Positions 1 to 8,364 of a DNA stretch of 40,647 bases are shown here, piece after piece (the first letter of the stretch is position 1; every line of letters begins with the position of its first letter). A program made the position numbers and the translations under genes. Where the stretch lies: positions 1 to 40,647 of the IMG/VR virus record IMGVR_UViG_3300035670_000522. One strand, given 5' to 3'. The DNA comes from a virus (lineage: Duplodnaviria; Caudoviricetes). The notes beneath the pieces were generated by a model. It did no database searches, had not been told where the DNA came from, and saw nothing but the letters and a program-made list of their open reading frames with translations.

Positions 1-436
1 CTTGGTGCGTAGAATTAGAGGTATTCTCAACTAATTTATCCGCCGTTGAAGTGCCATCAGGCGCCGCAATTGCGTTTGCAGTTATCGTTGCGTTTGTCTT
101 CGTCCAACTCGCATTATCAAACTCCTGCGACCGCAACAGCAGGTTTGTCCGCGCCCCCTCAATCAACACGCCCCGATTGCCCCGCCGAAGCGCGCCAGAG
201 CCAAACAGCGTCAGCGTCCCGTCTGCGTTCGTGTAGTAGCCTTCAGACGCCCGCGTGAAGCTGTAGCCCGTCCCGCCCGAGACTGTGCCAACGTCTACGC
301 CAGCGTAGAGCATACGGTTGTTGATGAAATCAGCGTAGTGGTAGGGCGTCACACCGCCAAGTTGGGCAGTAGCGATGGCTGCAAGGCTGATTTGCCCGCC
401 TCCGCCCAGTCCCAGGATTGGCAGCCCTAGCCTCAT
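1..436 (-). CDS. Head-spike fibre protein, RcGTA GhsB (Rcc01080)-like; partial, runs off the left edge
   Basis: Not in the ORF track. Manual translation from ATG 436: MRLGLPILGLGGGG...YSFTRAS...GVLIEGARTNLLLRSQEFDNASWTKTNATITANAIAAPDGTSTADKLVENTSN. This matches my recollection of the GhsB segment LLLEASATNLL...FEAASW...APNGTMTADKLVEDTSN. Directly follows a spike-base gene. Confidence 0.8.
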   Translation of the reverse strand, partial: MRLGLPILGLGGGGQISLAAIATAQLGGVTPYHYADFINNRMLYAGVDVGTVSGGTGYSFTRASEGYYTNADGTLTLFGSGALRRGNRGVLIEGARTNLLLRSQEFDNASWTKTNATITANAIAAPDGTSTADKLVENTSNSTHQ

Positions 437-437
437 G

Positions 438-701
438 TCAGTACAGCGCCACGATGTTGGAGGCTGTCGTGCTGGTTGCTCGGACACGCTTGCAGCGGAT
501 CGGAAGCACCGTGCCAGCCGTTACACCCACGAACACCACAGCGGTCGAGTTGCCCACATCAAGGCTCAGGTCTCCGCCCGTGCCAACATACAGCGCGCGG
601 CACTCACCGTTCGTCAGATCGGTGTCATCTGCTGGTGTTACCGCTGCCGCACCCACAGCAGAATGCAGGTCTGTTTCCCTTGGCGCCTTCAGGAAGCTCA
701 T
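438..701 (-). CDS. Head-spike base protein, RcGTA GhsA (Rcc01079)-like
   Basis: 87 aa with VTPADDTDL..RALYVGTGGDL...AGTVLPIRCKRVRATSTTA, the signature of the rcc01079 family. Confidence 0.85.
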   Translation of the reverse strand: MSFLKAPRETDLHSAVGAAAVTPADDTDLTNGECRALYVGTGGDLSLDVGNSTAVVFVGVTAGTVLPIRCKRVRATSTTASNIVALY

Positions 702-702
702 G

Positions 703-1197
703 TCACAACCCCTTTGAGAATACTACATCTTGTGTGCCGTAACCGAGTTTGGGCAGCATGTGAAGCAGGTTCGTGCCCGGTTTTGCGTGCCAGAGTACAA
801 GATTGCAACCCCGGTCCTTTGCAAGCCTCTCAGTCTCACGGATCAGCCTTAGCCCGTTCGGTCCGGTACGATAGTGCGGATCGAGGTACAGAACATCGTT
901 CTGGCACATCAGGACATCCGCATAGTGCAAGTTGCGGCTGATGATGTTGACCGAGTAGCCCACGATTGTGTCACCGTCGAACGCGCCTATCGAGAGCAGC
1001 GCGCCATTGTCCTCAAGCTGGATATACACGGGCAGGTCAGGCTTCAGCACCATCAGCGCCTTGTTCGTGACCAGTTCCTCGCGGTGGTCTTCAAGCAAGG
1101 GCCAGGCATCGGGGATATACCGCGTTGCGTCGATCTCGCGCAGTTCAATCCGTCTCGTGCGGGTCTTTGGCGGGTCAGTGAGCAGGGTGTCACGCAT
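703..1197 (-). CDS. GNAT-family N-acetyltransferase
   Basis: Acetyl-CoA-binding motif A (DVLYLDPHYRTGPNGLRLI) and C-terminal LPKLGY. Likely start ATG 1197, overlapping the terminase stop. Confidence 0.8.
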   Translation of the reverse strand: MRDTLLTDPPKTRTRRIELREIDATRYIPDAWPLLEDHREELVTNKALMVLKPDLPVYIQLEDNGALLSIGAFDGDTIVGYSVNIISRNLHYADVLMCQNDVLYLDPHYRTGPNGLRLIRETERLAKDRGCNLVLWHAKPGTNLLHMLPKLGYGTQDVVFSKGL

Positions 1198-2725
1198 AGG
1201 GGTCGTATTCCTTTCCACGGGTAGCCATGCCCAATTCCTGAGCAATCGTCTGGCGTGACCTTTGGGCAACAGGATAGGCGAACGTCAGCGCCAGCGCATC
1301 AGAGTTGTCCGGCGAGGACAGGCCGCGCTTCTTCATGTCCTCCTTCTTCTCCAGTGCAATTGCGTTGTCGCCGTCATAGCCGTATTCCCGGCCGCACAGA
1401 TCGTCTTCGATTTCCTGCTCATCAGGAATCGCGCCGGTCTTCAGCCAGTTCCGCATCTGGGCAGCCATCTCGGTGGCCTTGTTGCGGACCTTCACCTCAT
1501 CAGCGTCCGTGACCCATGCACCATCAGGCTTGCCGCCGAAGTTGATCTCGTAGACCTGGCAGCCACGGGGCAATTCAAGCTGGCGAACGCGGTCCACTAC
1601 GCCGGCGCCGATACCCCCGCCATCAATGAAGATCGCGTCTGCATGTTCCTCTCGGGCAGCCTTGGCGACTTCGGATGCCAGCGCCATCGTGTCGAGGTTG
1701 CGGAACCGGCGCCACTTGCGGGACTTGGCATCACGGCCCTTGCGCGGGGCAATAACGCTCTGGTCATCCCCGAACCGGGCTACGTCCACACCAAGGATGA
1801 CCGGATCGGTGAACAGGCTTTCAACGGTGCGTTTGCGGGCGTCCTGCACAATATCATTCGGGATGAACTGAAGGCTCGATGCACGCGGGAACACACCCCG
1901 GACGCGGACGCGCACGAGGTCACTGTCCTCGCCGTAGTCCTCTACCCATTGGTTGAGCAGGGCCTTGTTCGTGCCTGGAACTGTCCGGCTATCGATCTGC
2001 CGGGTGGTCCAGCGGTGGCGCATCTTGCCGAAGCACTCTCGGAAACTGCCCGTGTTGCGGGTCGGGTTTCCATACAGCAGCCAGAGGATCTGTGTGCCCG
2101 CGTCAGTCAGCGCTCCCATCACGGTCTCGAAGATGTTCTCCGCGATCTGGGACGCCTCATCGAATATCACGACGATGCGCCGGCCCTTGTTGTGCAGGCC
2201 AGCGAAGGATTCCGGGTTGTTCTCGCTCCAAGGGATGAAGTCACAGCGCCAGCTTGTCGGGTGCTGCTTGTGGCTGATCTTCGTGGCGTGGATGTCAAAC
2301 CAGTGATGGCAGATCAGCATCCGAAACCACTTGGCAATCTCGGGCTGGGTCTTGGTCTTGAGCTGCGTGTCTGTGCCGGCCGTGATGATCATGCGGCAAT
2401 GAGGCATGGTAGACATGGCCCATGACGTGATCATCGAGACCTGGGCAGACTTACCGATACCGTGTCCCGATGCCGTTGCCTCTTGGACGACATGCGCCAC
2501 GGCTTCATCGACTGACATCTCACCAGCCCTGAGCGCTTCGCCTATCGAGATAAGCTGCTCTTTCTGCCAAGGGTGCGGGCCTTCAATGCCTTCAAGCGGC
2601 GTGCCCGGCTCGTTCCACGGAAATGCGTAGAGGACAAAGCCGTAGGGGTCGAACTCAAACTCCGCTATGTCAGCGGCGAGCAGTTCATCCAGGCTTTGAG
2701 GCTTTGGCGCGCTTGCGGCGGGCAT
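1190..2725 (-). CDS. terL: Terminase large subunit
   Basis: Walker A SGHGIGKS, Walker B VVIFDEAS, motif III GNPT, RNase H-like nuclease GVDVARFGDD...SPDNSDALAL. Confidence 0.95.
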   Translation of the reverse strand: MPAASAPKPQSLDELLAADIAEFEFDPYGFVLYAFPWNEPGTPLEGIEGPHPWQKEQLISIGEALRAGEMSVDEAVAHVVQEATASGHGIGKSAQVSMITSWAMSTMPHCRMIITAGTDTQLKTKTQPEIAKWFRMLICHHWFDIHATKISHKQHPTSWRCDFIPWSENNPESFAGLHNKGRRIVVIFDEASQIAENIFETVMGALTDAGTQILWLLYGNPTRNTGSFRECFGKMRHRWTTRQIDSRTVPGTNKALLNQWVEDYGEDSDLVRVRVRGVFPRASSLQFIPNDIVQDARKRTVESLFTDPVILGVDVARFGDDQSVIAPRKGRDAKSRKWRRFRNLDTMALASEVAKAAREEHADAIFIDGGGIGAGVVDRVRQLELPRGCQVYEINFGGKPDGAWVTDADEVKVRNKATEMAAQMRNWLKTGAIPDEQEIEDDLCGREYGYDGDNAIALEKKEDMKKRGLSSPDNSDALALTFAYPVAQRSRQTIAQELGMATRGKEYDPYA

Positions 2726-3167
2726 CCAGCATCTCCGCTATGTCGTCGCTTACGGTGAGTTCGACTTCCTGCCGATCCTTCTGGCCAAGCACCTGCTTAC
2801 CAAGCCAGACCAGCATGGTGGGATTGTGGTCTATCGTTGCGGCTTTCCACTGGGCACGGCGCAGGGATGTCTTCCCTGAATCCATGTGCTTTTTATAGAA
2901 GTCCGCAAAACCAGCATAGCCAGCTTCCTTAAGCCTGCGATCAATGGTGTCTACGGATATGCCCATGACACTGGCGCATTCTTCAGCAGTGCATTGAATT
3001 TCCACGAGACTTTGGAGCGCTGCCATGTCTATGACAATCTCGGGGGCGCCGCCTTCAGGACCGCTTGGTTTACGGGTCACAAGGCTGGTTTCCCGCTTTG
3101 GTTCCGCTTTTTTGCGGCGCGCTGGGTGTTTCCCCGGCTTTTTTGTGCCTGTGGTTGCGCGGGCCAT
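2685..3167 (-). CDS. terS: Terminase small subunit
   Basis: HTH (CTAEECASVMGISVDTIDRR), then GKTSLRRAQWKAA..NPTMLVWLGKQVLGQKD; immediately upstream of terL. Confidence 0.8.
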   Translation of the reverse strand: MARATTGTKKPGKHPARRKKAEPKRETSLVTRKPSGPEGGAPEIVIDMAALQSLVEIQCTAEECASVMGISVDTIDRRLKEAGYAGFADFYKKHMDSGKTSLRRAQWKAATIDHNPTMLVWLGKQVLGQKDRQEVELTVSDDIAEMLDARRKRAKASKPG

Positions 3168-3173
3168 AAGAAA

Positions 3174-3368
3174 CTAGTTGCGGACAAGGCGCCATGCGAG
3201 GAGGAACGCACCGCCACAAACAAGCCAGCCAGCGAGGGGACGCACAAAGTCTGGCGTGATTGAGCCGTTGAAGAACAGCTTATCCGCAAGCACGAACCCG
3301 GCGAGACCGGCAATGAACTTGCCCGCGCCGTCGATCACGGACTTCTGTTCATCGGTGAGTTTCAGCAT
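3174..3368 (-). CDS. Small two-TM membrane protein, unknown function
   Basis: GGAGG RBS; two hydrophobic segments. Confidence 0.65.
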   Translation of the reverse strand: MLKLTDEQKSVIDGAGKFIAGLAGFVLADKLFFNGSITPDFVRPLAGWLVCGGAFLLAWRLVRN

Positions 3369-3485
3369 GGTCAGCCCTCCAAATTTGCGGCCCCGGAGCG
3401 GACTGCAATTCCGCCGCCGGAGCCTATCGAAAATCGCATCCCCTCAAGGAAACAATCCGATGAAGCGGTTCTGCATGTGTTTGCG

Positions 3486-3674
3486 TCACTCGTCAACAGG
3501 CAAGCCCTTGGATGCCCATGCTTGTGCTTCGTTGGCGGTTCGGAGGGCAGACTCGCGGCGCAAGTGGGCCATGATGCGTTCCAGCTTGTGCACCCGTTCG
3601 GACAGGAAGATCATGGCGCCGAATAGGCACAGCACGGCGATGGACGTGAGGATCAGGACGGTGTTGGGGGTCAT
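3486..3674 (-). CDS. Small N-terminally anchored membrane protein
   Basis: Likely start ATG 3674 (MTPNTVLILTSIAVLCLFGAMIFL); ATGA overlap with the upstream gene. Confidence 0.6.
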   Translation of the reverse strand: MTPNTVLILTSIAVLCLFGAMIFLSERVHKLERIMAHLRRESALRTANEAQAWASKGLPVDE

Positions 3675-3784
3675 TTGTCGCTCCAGAACTCTGGGTGATT
3701 GTCGTAAGTCAGTGCGGCCCACATCATCCAGACGCCGAACGGAATGCCGAGAACAAAAAACAGGGCGATGAGGGCAGTGATCAT
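3671..3784 (-). CDS. 37-aa single-TM peptide
   Basis: MITALIALFFVLGIPFGVWMMWAALTYDNHPEFWSDK; ATGA overlaps at both ends. Confidence 0.6.
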   Translation of the reverse strand: MITALIALFFVLGIPFGVWMMWAALTYDNHPEFWSDK

Positions 3785-3960
3785 TTGGGTTTCCGTTCAG
3801 GCTTGAGGGCAGACAAGCGGCTTTCAATGGTCAGGCGGTAGTCTGTAAGTTCGTCGATCTGGGCTTTGACGGCGGCGAGATGCTTGCGGTCAAGTGCCAG
3901 GGTGCGGTCAATGCGGATCAGCTCGGCTTCCAGTTGCTCCCGCTCTGTGCGTTTTTTCAT
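3781..3960 (-). CDS. 59-aa coiled-coil hypothetical protein
   Basis: MKKRTEREQLEAELIRIDRTL...; ATGA overlaps at both ends. Confidence 0.6.
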   Translation of the reverse strand: MKKRTEREQLEAELIRIDRTLALDRKHLAAVKAQIDELTDYRLTIESRLSALKPERKPK

Positions 3961-4136
3961 CGCTGGCCTTTGGTCTTAGGTCTGGTGAGCTGGCGGCCGG
4001 CAAGGGCGGGATCTTCAATCTGGGCAAACCTGACGCGCTTGCGTTCCCCGCAGCGCTCACAGAACACGCGGCCGCAATCGTCCACCTCGGTGTACTTGTG
4101 GATGTTCCATGAACAGCGGAATGACACTGGCCTCAT
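3957..4136 (-). CDS. Small Cys/His (Zn-ribbon-like) protein
   Basis: MRPVSFRCSWNIHKY...CERCG; ATGA-coupled to both neighbours. Confidence 0.55.
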   Translation of the reverse strand: MRPVSFRCSWNIHKYTEVDDCGRVFCERCGERKRVRFAQIEDPALAGRQLTRPKTKGQR

Positions 4137-4333
4137 CGCTTCACCGCCAACATCAGCCGCACATCCGCGACCGGCATCCGCAGGATGGAAGCGATCTGGA
4201 CGGGCACGTAGCCTTCAGCAGCGAGGCGGGCGACACGCGGGTCAGGCGCCGGAAGCTGGCTCGCAGTGAACGTCCGGGCGTGGCGCTCGGCGCGGGCTTC
4301 TGCGGCTGTCTGTAGGGGGCGGGTGCGGGTCAT
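4133..4333 (-). CDS. Small helix-turn-helix protein
   Basis: RVARLAAEGYVPVQIASILRMPVADVR resembles an HTH. Confidence 0.55.
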   Translation of the reverse strand: MTRTRPLQTAAEARAERHARTFTASQLPAPDPRVARLAAEGYVPVQIASILRMPVADVRLMLAVKR

Positions 4334-4644
4334 TCGTCATCACCATTGACATTGACCCAGTGCTGGCCGTCTTCCCCAAACCGGAGCGATTCATTTGGTT
4401 CCCAGCCAAGATCGCCAAGCCGGAGGAAAGTCGAAAATGACCCCATCGTTTCGTCATGGCGCCAACGTCGCAGTTCTGTAAGCTTTTCCATGACAGCGTT
4501 GAACCCGTTTTCTGGCAACGGTGCGGCGAGCGAAACAACAATGGATTCCAGAGCGTCGATGTAGTTATACACTCCTTCGGCGTTGCGTTTCTGATTGGCG
4601 TGATGAGCTTTCAGCCAATCGACTTCGGAAATGATTTTTTTCAT
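4330..4644 (-). CDS. Hypothetical protein
   Basis: ATGA-coupled ORF within the operon. Confidence 0.6.
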   Translation of the reverse strand: MKKIISEVDWLKAHHANQKRNAEGVYNYIDALESIVVSLAAPLPENGFNAVMEKLTELRRWRHDETMGSFSTFLRLGDLGWEPNESLRFGEDGQHWVNVNGDDE

Positions 4645-5024
4645 GCTGCCCTCCCCATGCTTTCAATGTGTTGCAGTTCGCCATTCTGGGCAAGCCATGC
4701 GGCCCGGATTTCAGCCACGCTGGATTTCCAAGGCAGGCCAAGGAACTCGGCGGCGTAATGGCGGATTCCGTAAAGCGCTGTGGTATGGTCACGGCCTCCG
4801 ACGATGCGGCCAACCTGGGGAAGGCTGCGGTAGACCGGGACGCCGTAGACCCACTTTTGGGGGGTGCAGAGCAGGCGCATGTAAAGCTCTCGGCGGGGGT
4901 GCATCAGCTTGTGCAGCTTGCTGGCGCCGGTCAGTTCCTGGCGGGTCAGGCCATACTCTTGCATCACGCACTGGATGTGCGATTCTGCGGGGGGTCCAAA
5001 TGTAGTCAGCCCTTCGGTATTCAT
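4641..5024 (-). CDS. Stand-alone DnaA C-terminal (domain IV) HTH protein
   Basis: SLPQVGRIVGGRDHTTALYG matches the DnaA signature SLPxIGxxFGGRDHTTV. Confidence 0.8.
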   Translation of the reverse strand: MNTEGLTTFGPPAESHIQCVMQEYGLTRQELTGASKLHKLMHPRRELYMRLLCTPQKWVYGVPVYRSLPQVGRIVGGRDHTTALYGIRHYAAEFLGLPWKSSVAEIRAAWLAQNGELQHIESMGRAA

Positions 5025-5905
5025 GCAACTTTCCTTTGTTCGATGTTGCGGTTGATGCTCTCGGCCAGTTCGGGCCGCAGTCTTGCAGCGTGGCGCAGCA
5101 TGGCTTCCGGCGCTGTGCAGCCGGGTTGATCAGGGGCGGGGCAGACATGCCCAGCCAGCCATTCGTCGGTGCCGACCCAATGACGCATGGCGTTTGCCCA
5201 TTCGTCGGTGGTCAAATCGGTTTGCGCGATTGGCGCAGCCTCCTGCCAATTCTCAAACTTGCCGTCCTTCAGCCAGCGGTCTAGCGCCGGGTGGAACTCT
5301 GGCTTGGCATCACGGGCGAAGGCGATTGCCGCACGCTCGATGGCTTGCAGGGGGTGATGCTTGGCAAGGGCCGTTAGCTGAACCTCAATTTTTGCTTTTG
5401 CCTTAGACCGTTTCCGGCCTTCAGGTGACCAAGCCTGCCAGATGTTTTCAAGCACCTGAACCGCATGAACTTCATTGGGTCGTTCTATGGTATCGTTAGT
5501 GTAACCTCTAGGGGTTACAGGGGGTGTAACCTCCATAGGGTTACAGGGGGTGTCACGCTGCGGTGTCAGGGGTGTAACCGTGGAGTTACAGGGGGTGTAA
5601 CCCTCCATACCCACTCTTTCCACAGGGTCCATGACCACAAAATAGACGCTTGAAGTCTCCCCGCCATCGTCCCGGCGGCGGCGTTCTGCCTTGATGTATC
5701 CATAGGAAACCAGCGCCCGGATGCCCTCGTTGACAGCCTTCCGGCTAACGCCAAGCTGCGCCGCCAGCGTCGATTGTGAAGGCCATGCCCGGTGGTCTTT
5801 GCCCAAATATGAACCTATCAGGCCCAGCAGACGGCATTGCAGGGGCGTCAAGCGCTGGTCTGACCATGCGTCAGCCGGTGTGATTGAAAGCCTTGCTTGG
5901 CTCAT
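5021..5905 (-). CDS. Replication initiator (N-terminal wHTH, lambda O-like organisation)
   Basis: AWPSQSTLAAQLGVSRKAVNEGIRALVSYGYI (HTH_36-like); central T/P-rich linker encoded by DNA repeats; next to dnaB. Likely start ATG 5905. Confidence 0.8.
   Translation of the reverse strand: MSQARLSITPADAWSDQRLTPLQCRLLGLIGSYLGKDHRAWPSQSTLAAQLGVSRKAVNEGIRALVSYGYIKAERRRRDDGGETSSVYFVVMDPVERVGMEGYTPCNSTVTPLTPQRDTPCNPMEVTPPVTPRGYTNDTIERPNEVHAVQVLENIWQAWSPEGRKRSKAKAKIEVQLTALAKHHPLQAIERAAIAFARDAKPEFHPALDRWLKDGKFENWQEAAPIAQTDLTTDEWANAMRHWVGTDEWLAGHVCPAPDQPGCTAPEAMLRHAARLRPELAESINRNIEQRKVA
5499..5603. repeat. Iteron array, probable replication origin inside the initiator gene
   Basis: Repeated GTTACAGGGGGTGT(A/C)AC units forming successive TGTAAC...GTTACA palindromes. 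Confidence 0.75.
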
Positions 5906-6147
5906 AGCTCGCCCGCCTTTGCGTGATCCACTATGTCCCGCCAAACCTCGTAATAATCTTCCGAGCTTCCGCCTTCGACATCCGTCAGGAAAGCAATGAC
6001 CTTGGCCAGCTTGTCCTTATCGACGCTCAAAACGTCCAATTCTGCCACGCCAATCAACAGCAGGGTCCAGGCTCTTGAAAAACTCCAGTCAGAGCTTTCG
6101 GTTTCCATTTCCCGCAATGCCGTTTTCAATAAATCGAGACCGTTCAT
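5902..6147 (-). CDS. Hypothetical protein
   Basis: 81-aa ORF coupled by ATGA overlaps between dnaB and the initiator. Confidence 0.6.
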   Translation of the reverse strand: MNGLDLLKTALREMETESSDWSFSRAWTLLLIGVAELDVLSVDKDKLAKVIAFLTDVEGGSSEDYYEVWRDIVDHAKAGEL

Positions 6148-7547
6148 CCTACTTCCTCCATCGCCGGGGCGCGCAGATCACGCACGGCATTGTGTGCCAT
6201 GCTGTGCCAGAGCGTGACCGCCCCCTGCTCCCCGTTCCGGTTCTTGCCAATAATGATTTCCAAATCGCCCTTGACCCGCAAAAGCTCGGCGTTCGCCTTG
6301 TGCTTCTCGTCAGCCGTTGATGCCGTCTTAGCTGCCAGCGCCCAGCGCATGTCTTCCCGGTGAAGCAGCAACACCAGAGAGGCGTCTTCTTCCACCTTGC
6401 CGCTGTCCCGCAGGTCCGAAATCATCGGACGGCGCGTTGCCTTCTCGGTGTCACGATTAAGCTGGCACAGGGCAATAATGGCCGTGCGCGGGTTTTGCTT
6501 TGCCAAGTCCAGCAGCTCGTTTGCGGCATAGCTGGTCTTTTCGTAAAGGCTTCCGGCCTTCTGTGCTGGGGCGACCTTGGCAATGTGGTCAATGAACACG
6601 GCGCCCAGAGGCGGCAGGCCCATCTTTCGGCAATGCCGGTGCCATGCCCTGACCTGTCCAGATACCGTGCGGGTTGTCTGCCCGCCGCGATCGTTCACAA
6701 GAATGCGCTTGGCCACGTCGCCGCGCAGCATGTCCCGCATAGCCTGCATAGTCTGCTCCGGCACCGCGCCGGGCTGCTTCAGGTCCGCCACTGTCGGCGT
6801 CCGGTGAAATCCTGGCTTGGCAAAGTAAAGGCAGCAGGCAAGGCGTTGCTTAATGACTCGCCCCTGCATGTCCAGCGACAGGAAGCCGACCGTCTCATTC
6901 CGGGCAATGTTCGCCGCCATCGCAATCGAAAACGCCGTCTTGCCGACGCCGGGCCGGGCAGCAATGATCGACAATGCCCCCCGCTCAAATCCCCTAATCT
7001 CGGTATCAAGCCGGGCAAACCCTGAAATCAGAAGGCTGTCAGCGTCGTTCTCAGTAAACACGTCGCCGTCCGCACAGCTATCAATAGCCATGTGACTGGA
7101 CTGCCGCTCGCGGATGGCCTCTAAAGCCGTCTCGTGGGCCTCCAGAGCCGCGTCAGCATCTTCCGCTGCCAACGCAGCCAGATCACGGCCAGCGGCCATC
7201 AGGCGGCGCTTCTGGGACGCCTTGGCGATGATCCCAGCATGGTCTGCCGCTTCAAAAGCGGAACCGGCATAGTCCAGCAGGGTTTCAAGCCATGCCTCGC
7301 CGCCGGTCGCGGTAAAGACCTCATTGGCTTTCAGGTAATCCGCCACACTGGTTGGGTTGATTGCCCGTCCGTCGCGGTTCATATCCCGCACAGCAGCAAA
7401 CACGTCGCCATGAACAGGGGTGAAGAAATCTTCTGGCGTCAGGATGTCTTCAAGGCGCCAGTAAATTGAGCCTTCAAACAACAGGCTTCCTAGAACGCCA
7501 TACTCGGCGGATTGTGAATGCGGCGCTAGGGTCATTTCGACACCCAT
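6144..7547 (-). CDS. dnaB: Replicative DNA helicase, DnaB family
   Basis: N-terminal PHS..AE..VLGSLL; Walker A AARPGVGKT; IDH; CQLNR; DLRDSGKVEEDA; KNRNG. Confidence 0.93.
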   Translation of the reverse strand: MGVEMTLAPHSQSAEYGVLGSLLFEGSIYWRLEDILTPEDFFTPVHGDVFAAVRDMNRDGRAINPTSVADYLKANEVFTATGGEAWLETLLDYAGSAFEAADHAGIIAKASQKRRLMAAGRDLAALAAEDADAALEAHETALEAIRERQSSHMAIDSCADGDVFTENDADSLLISGFARLDTEIRGFERGALSIIAARPGVGKTAFSIAMAANIARNETVGFLSLDMQGRVIKQRLACCLYFAKPGFHRTPTVADLKQPGAVPEQTMQAMRDMLRGDVAKRILVNDRGGQTTRTVSGQVRAWHRHCRKMGLPPLGAVFIDHIAKVAPAQKAGSLYEKTSYAANELLDLAKQNPRTAIIALCQLNRDTEKATRRPMISDLRDSGKVEEDASLVLLLHREDMRWALAAKTASTADEKHKANAELLRVKGDLEIIIGKNRNGEQGAVTLWHSMAHNAVRDLRAPAMEEVG

Positions 7548-7729
7548 GCGTCAATCAGCATCTTCTTGACCAAGGCATAATCCTCGGTCTTTCCCATAGG
7601 GAACCAGCGTTGCTGAAGGGCTTTCAGAAAGGCTTGAGCCTCAGCCGGAAGCGTTTCCTCAGCGGCCTTGCGCGCATGTGCGCGGGCAACGGCGTCCGCA
7701 AACTCTTTATCGTTCGTGGATTTCGTCAT
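7532..7729 (-). CDS. Hypothetical protein
   Basis: 65-aa ORF, TAATG-coupled to an upstream peptide. Confidence 0.55.
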   Translation of the reverse strand: MTKSTNDKEFADAVARAHARKAAEETLPAEAQAFLKALQQRWFPMGKTEDYALVKKMLIDAWVSK

Positions 7730-7797
7730 TATGCTGCGCCTCCACAGGGAAGCGTCTTGATAACGACACAGATTGACGGTATTTCAATTCTCGGCAT
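7729..7797 (-). CDS. 22-aa peptide
   Basis: MPRIEIPSICVVIKTLPCGGAA with a GAGGAG RBS and TAATG overlap with the next gene. Confidence 0.4.
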   Translation of the reverse strand: MPRIEIPSICVVIKTLPCGGAA

Positions 7798-7867
7798 GGC
7801 GGTGTCTCCTCAGACTTTTACCGTTATGTCAGGGCGGGTAGAGCGCTTACGACGCTCCCCGCCCGCT

Positions 7868-8044
7868 CTACTTCTGAACCGCCTCTTTGCTTTTGTCCAT
7901 ACCCGCCACGTGAGAATAAATCGCCGCAAAGGCGAAGGCGGGGTCTGAAGGGGCTTTCAGTGTGCGGACGGCAAACATGGGCGGCCACCTGAGAACATCT
8001 TCAAGGACGTAGATGGGCCGAAGCTTGCCGACAGGCTGCCTCAC
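7868..8044 (-). CDS. Hypothetical protein
   Basis: Probable GTG start at 8044 overlapping the upstream stop (GTGA). Confidence 0.4.
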   Translation of the reverse strand: MRQPVGKLRPIYVLEDVLRWPPMFAVRTLKAPSDPAFAFAAIYSHVAGMDKSKEAVQK

Positions 8045-8364
8045 CGCCACCCCTCCGGCACATGCACGCGGTAATGCCAGCAGCCCCGGCGCCCGTCGAT
8101 TCCTGGCACTCGGCGGCTTTCCATCGCATCCGTTCCCCAATGCTTGCGAACGTCGCGGAGCCGTGCTGAAATGCTCGCTTCAGGATCGTCAGTCAGGCGG
8201 GCAATCTCCCGCAAGGATCGCCACTGGCCATCTGCCATAGCGTCCACAACGCGGCAGAACTGTTCGCCAAGGCGTTCACGGTCTAGGGAGGGAACGTAGG
8301 TCACGCCTCCGAAGTGGAAGGGCGGGCGCCAGTCTAGGAGGGGTGTCTCACTCACTGAAAGCAT
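8041..8364 (-). CDS. Winged-helix DNA-binding protein
   Basis: MADGQWRSLREIARLTDDPEASISARLRDVRK. Confidence 0.7.
   Translation of the reverse strand: MLSVSETPLLDWRPPFHFGGVTYVPSLDRERLGEQFCRVVDAMADGQWRSLREIARLTDDPEASISARLRDVRKHWGTDAMESRRVPGIDGRRGCWHYRVHVPEGWR

Noticed and set aside
5499-5603. Mini CRISPR array
   Set aside because: Units are short palindromes with 6-10 nt spacers inside a coding gene, and no cas genes are present; an origin fits better
7832-7865. Hairpin GGGCGGG..GAGCG-loop-CGCTC-CCCGCCC as a terminator
   Set aside because: No U-tract on the coding strand; function cannot be supported
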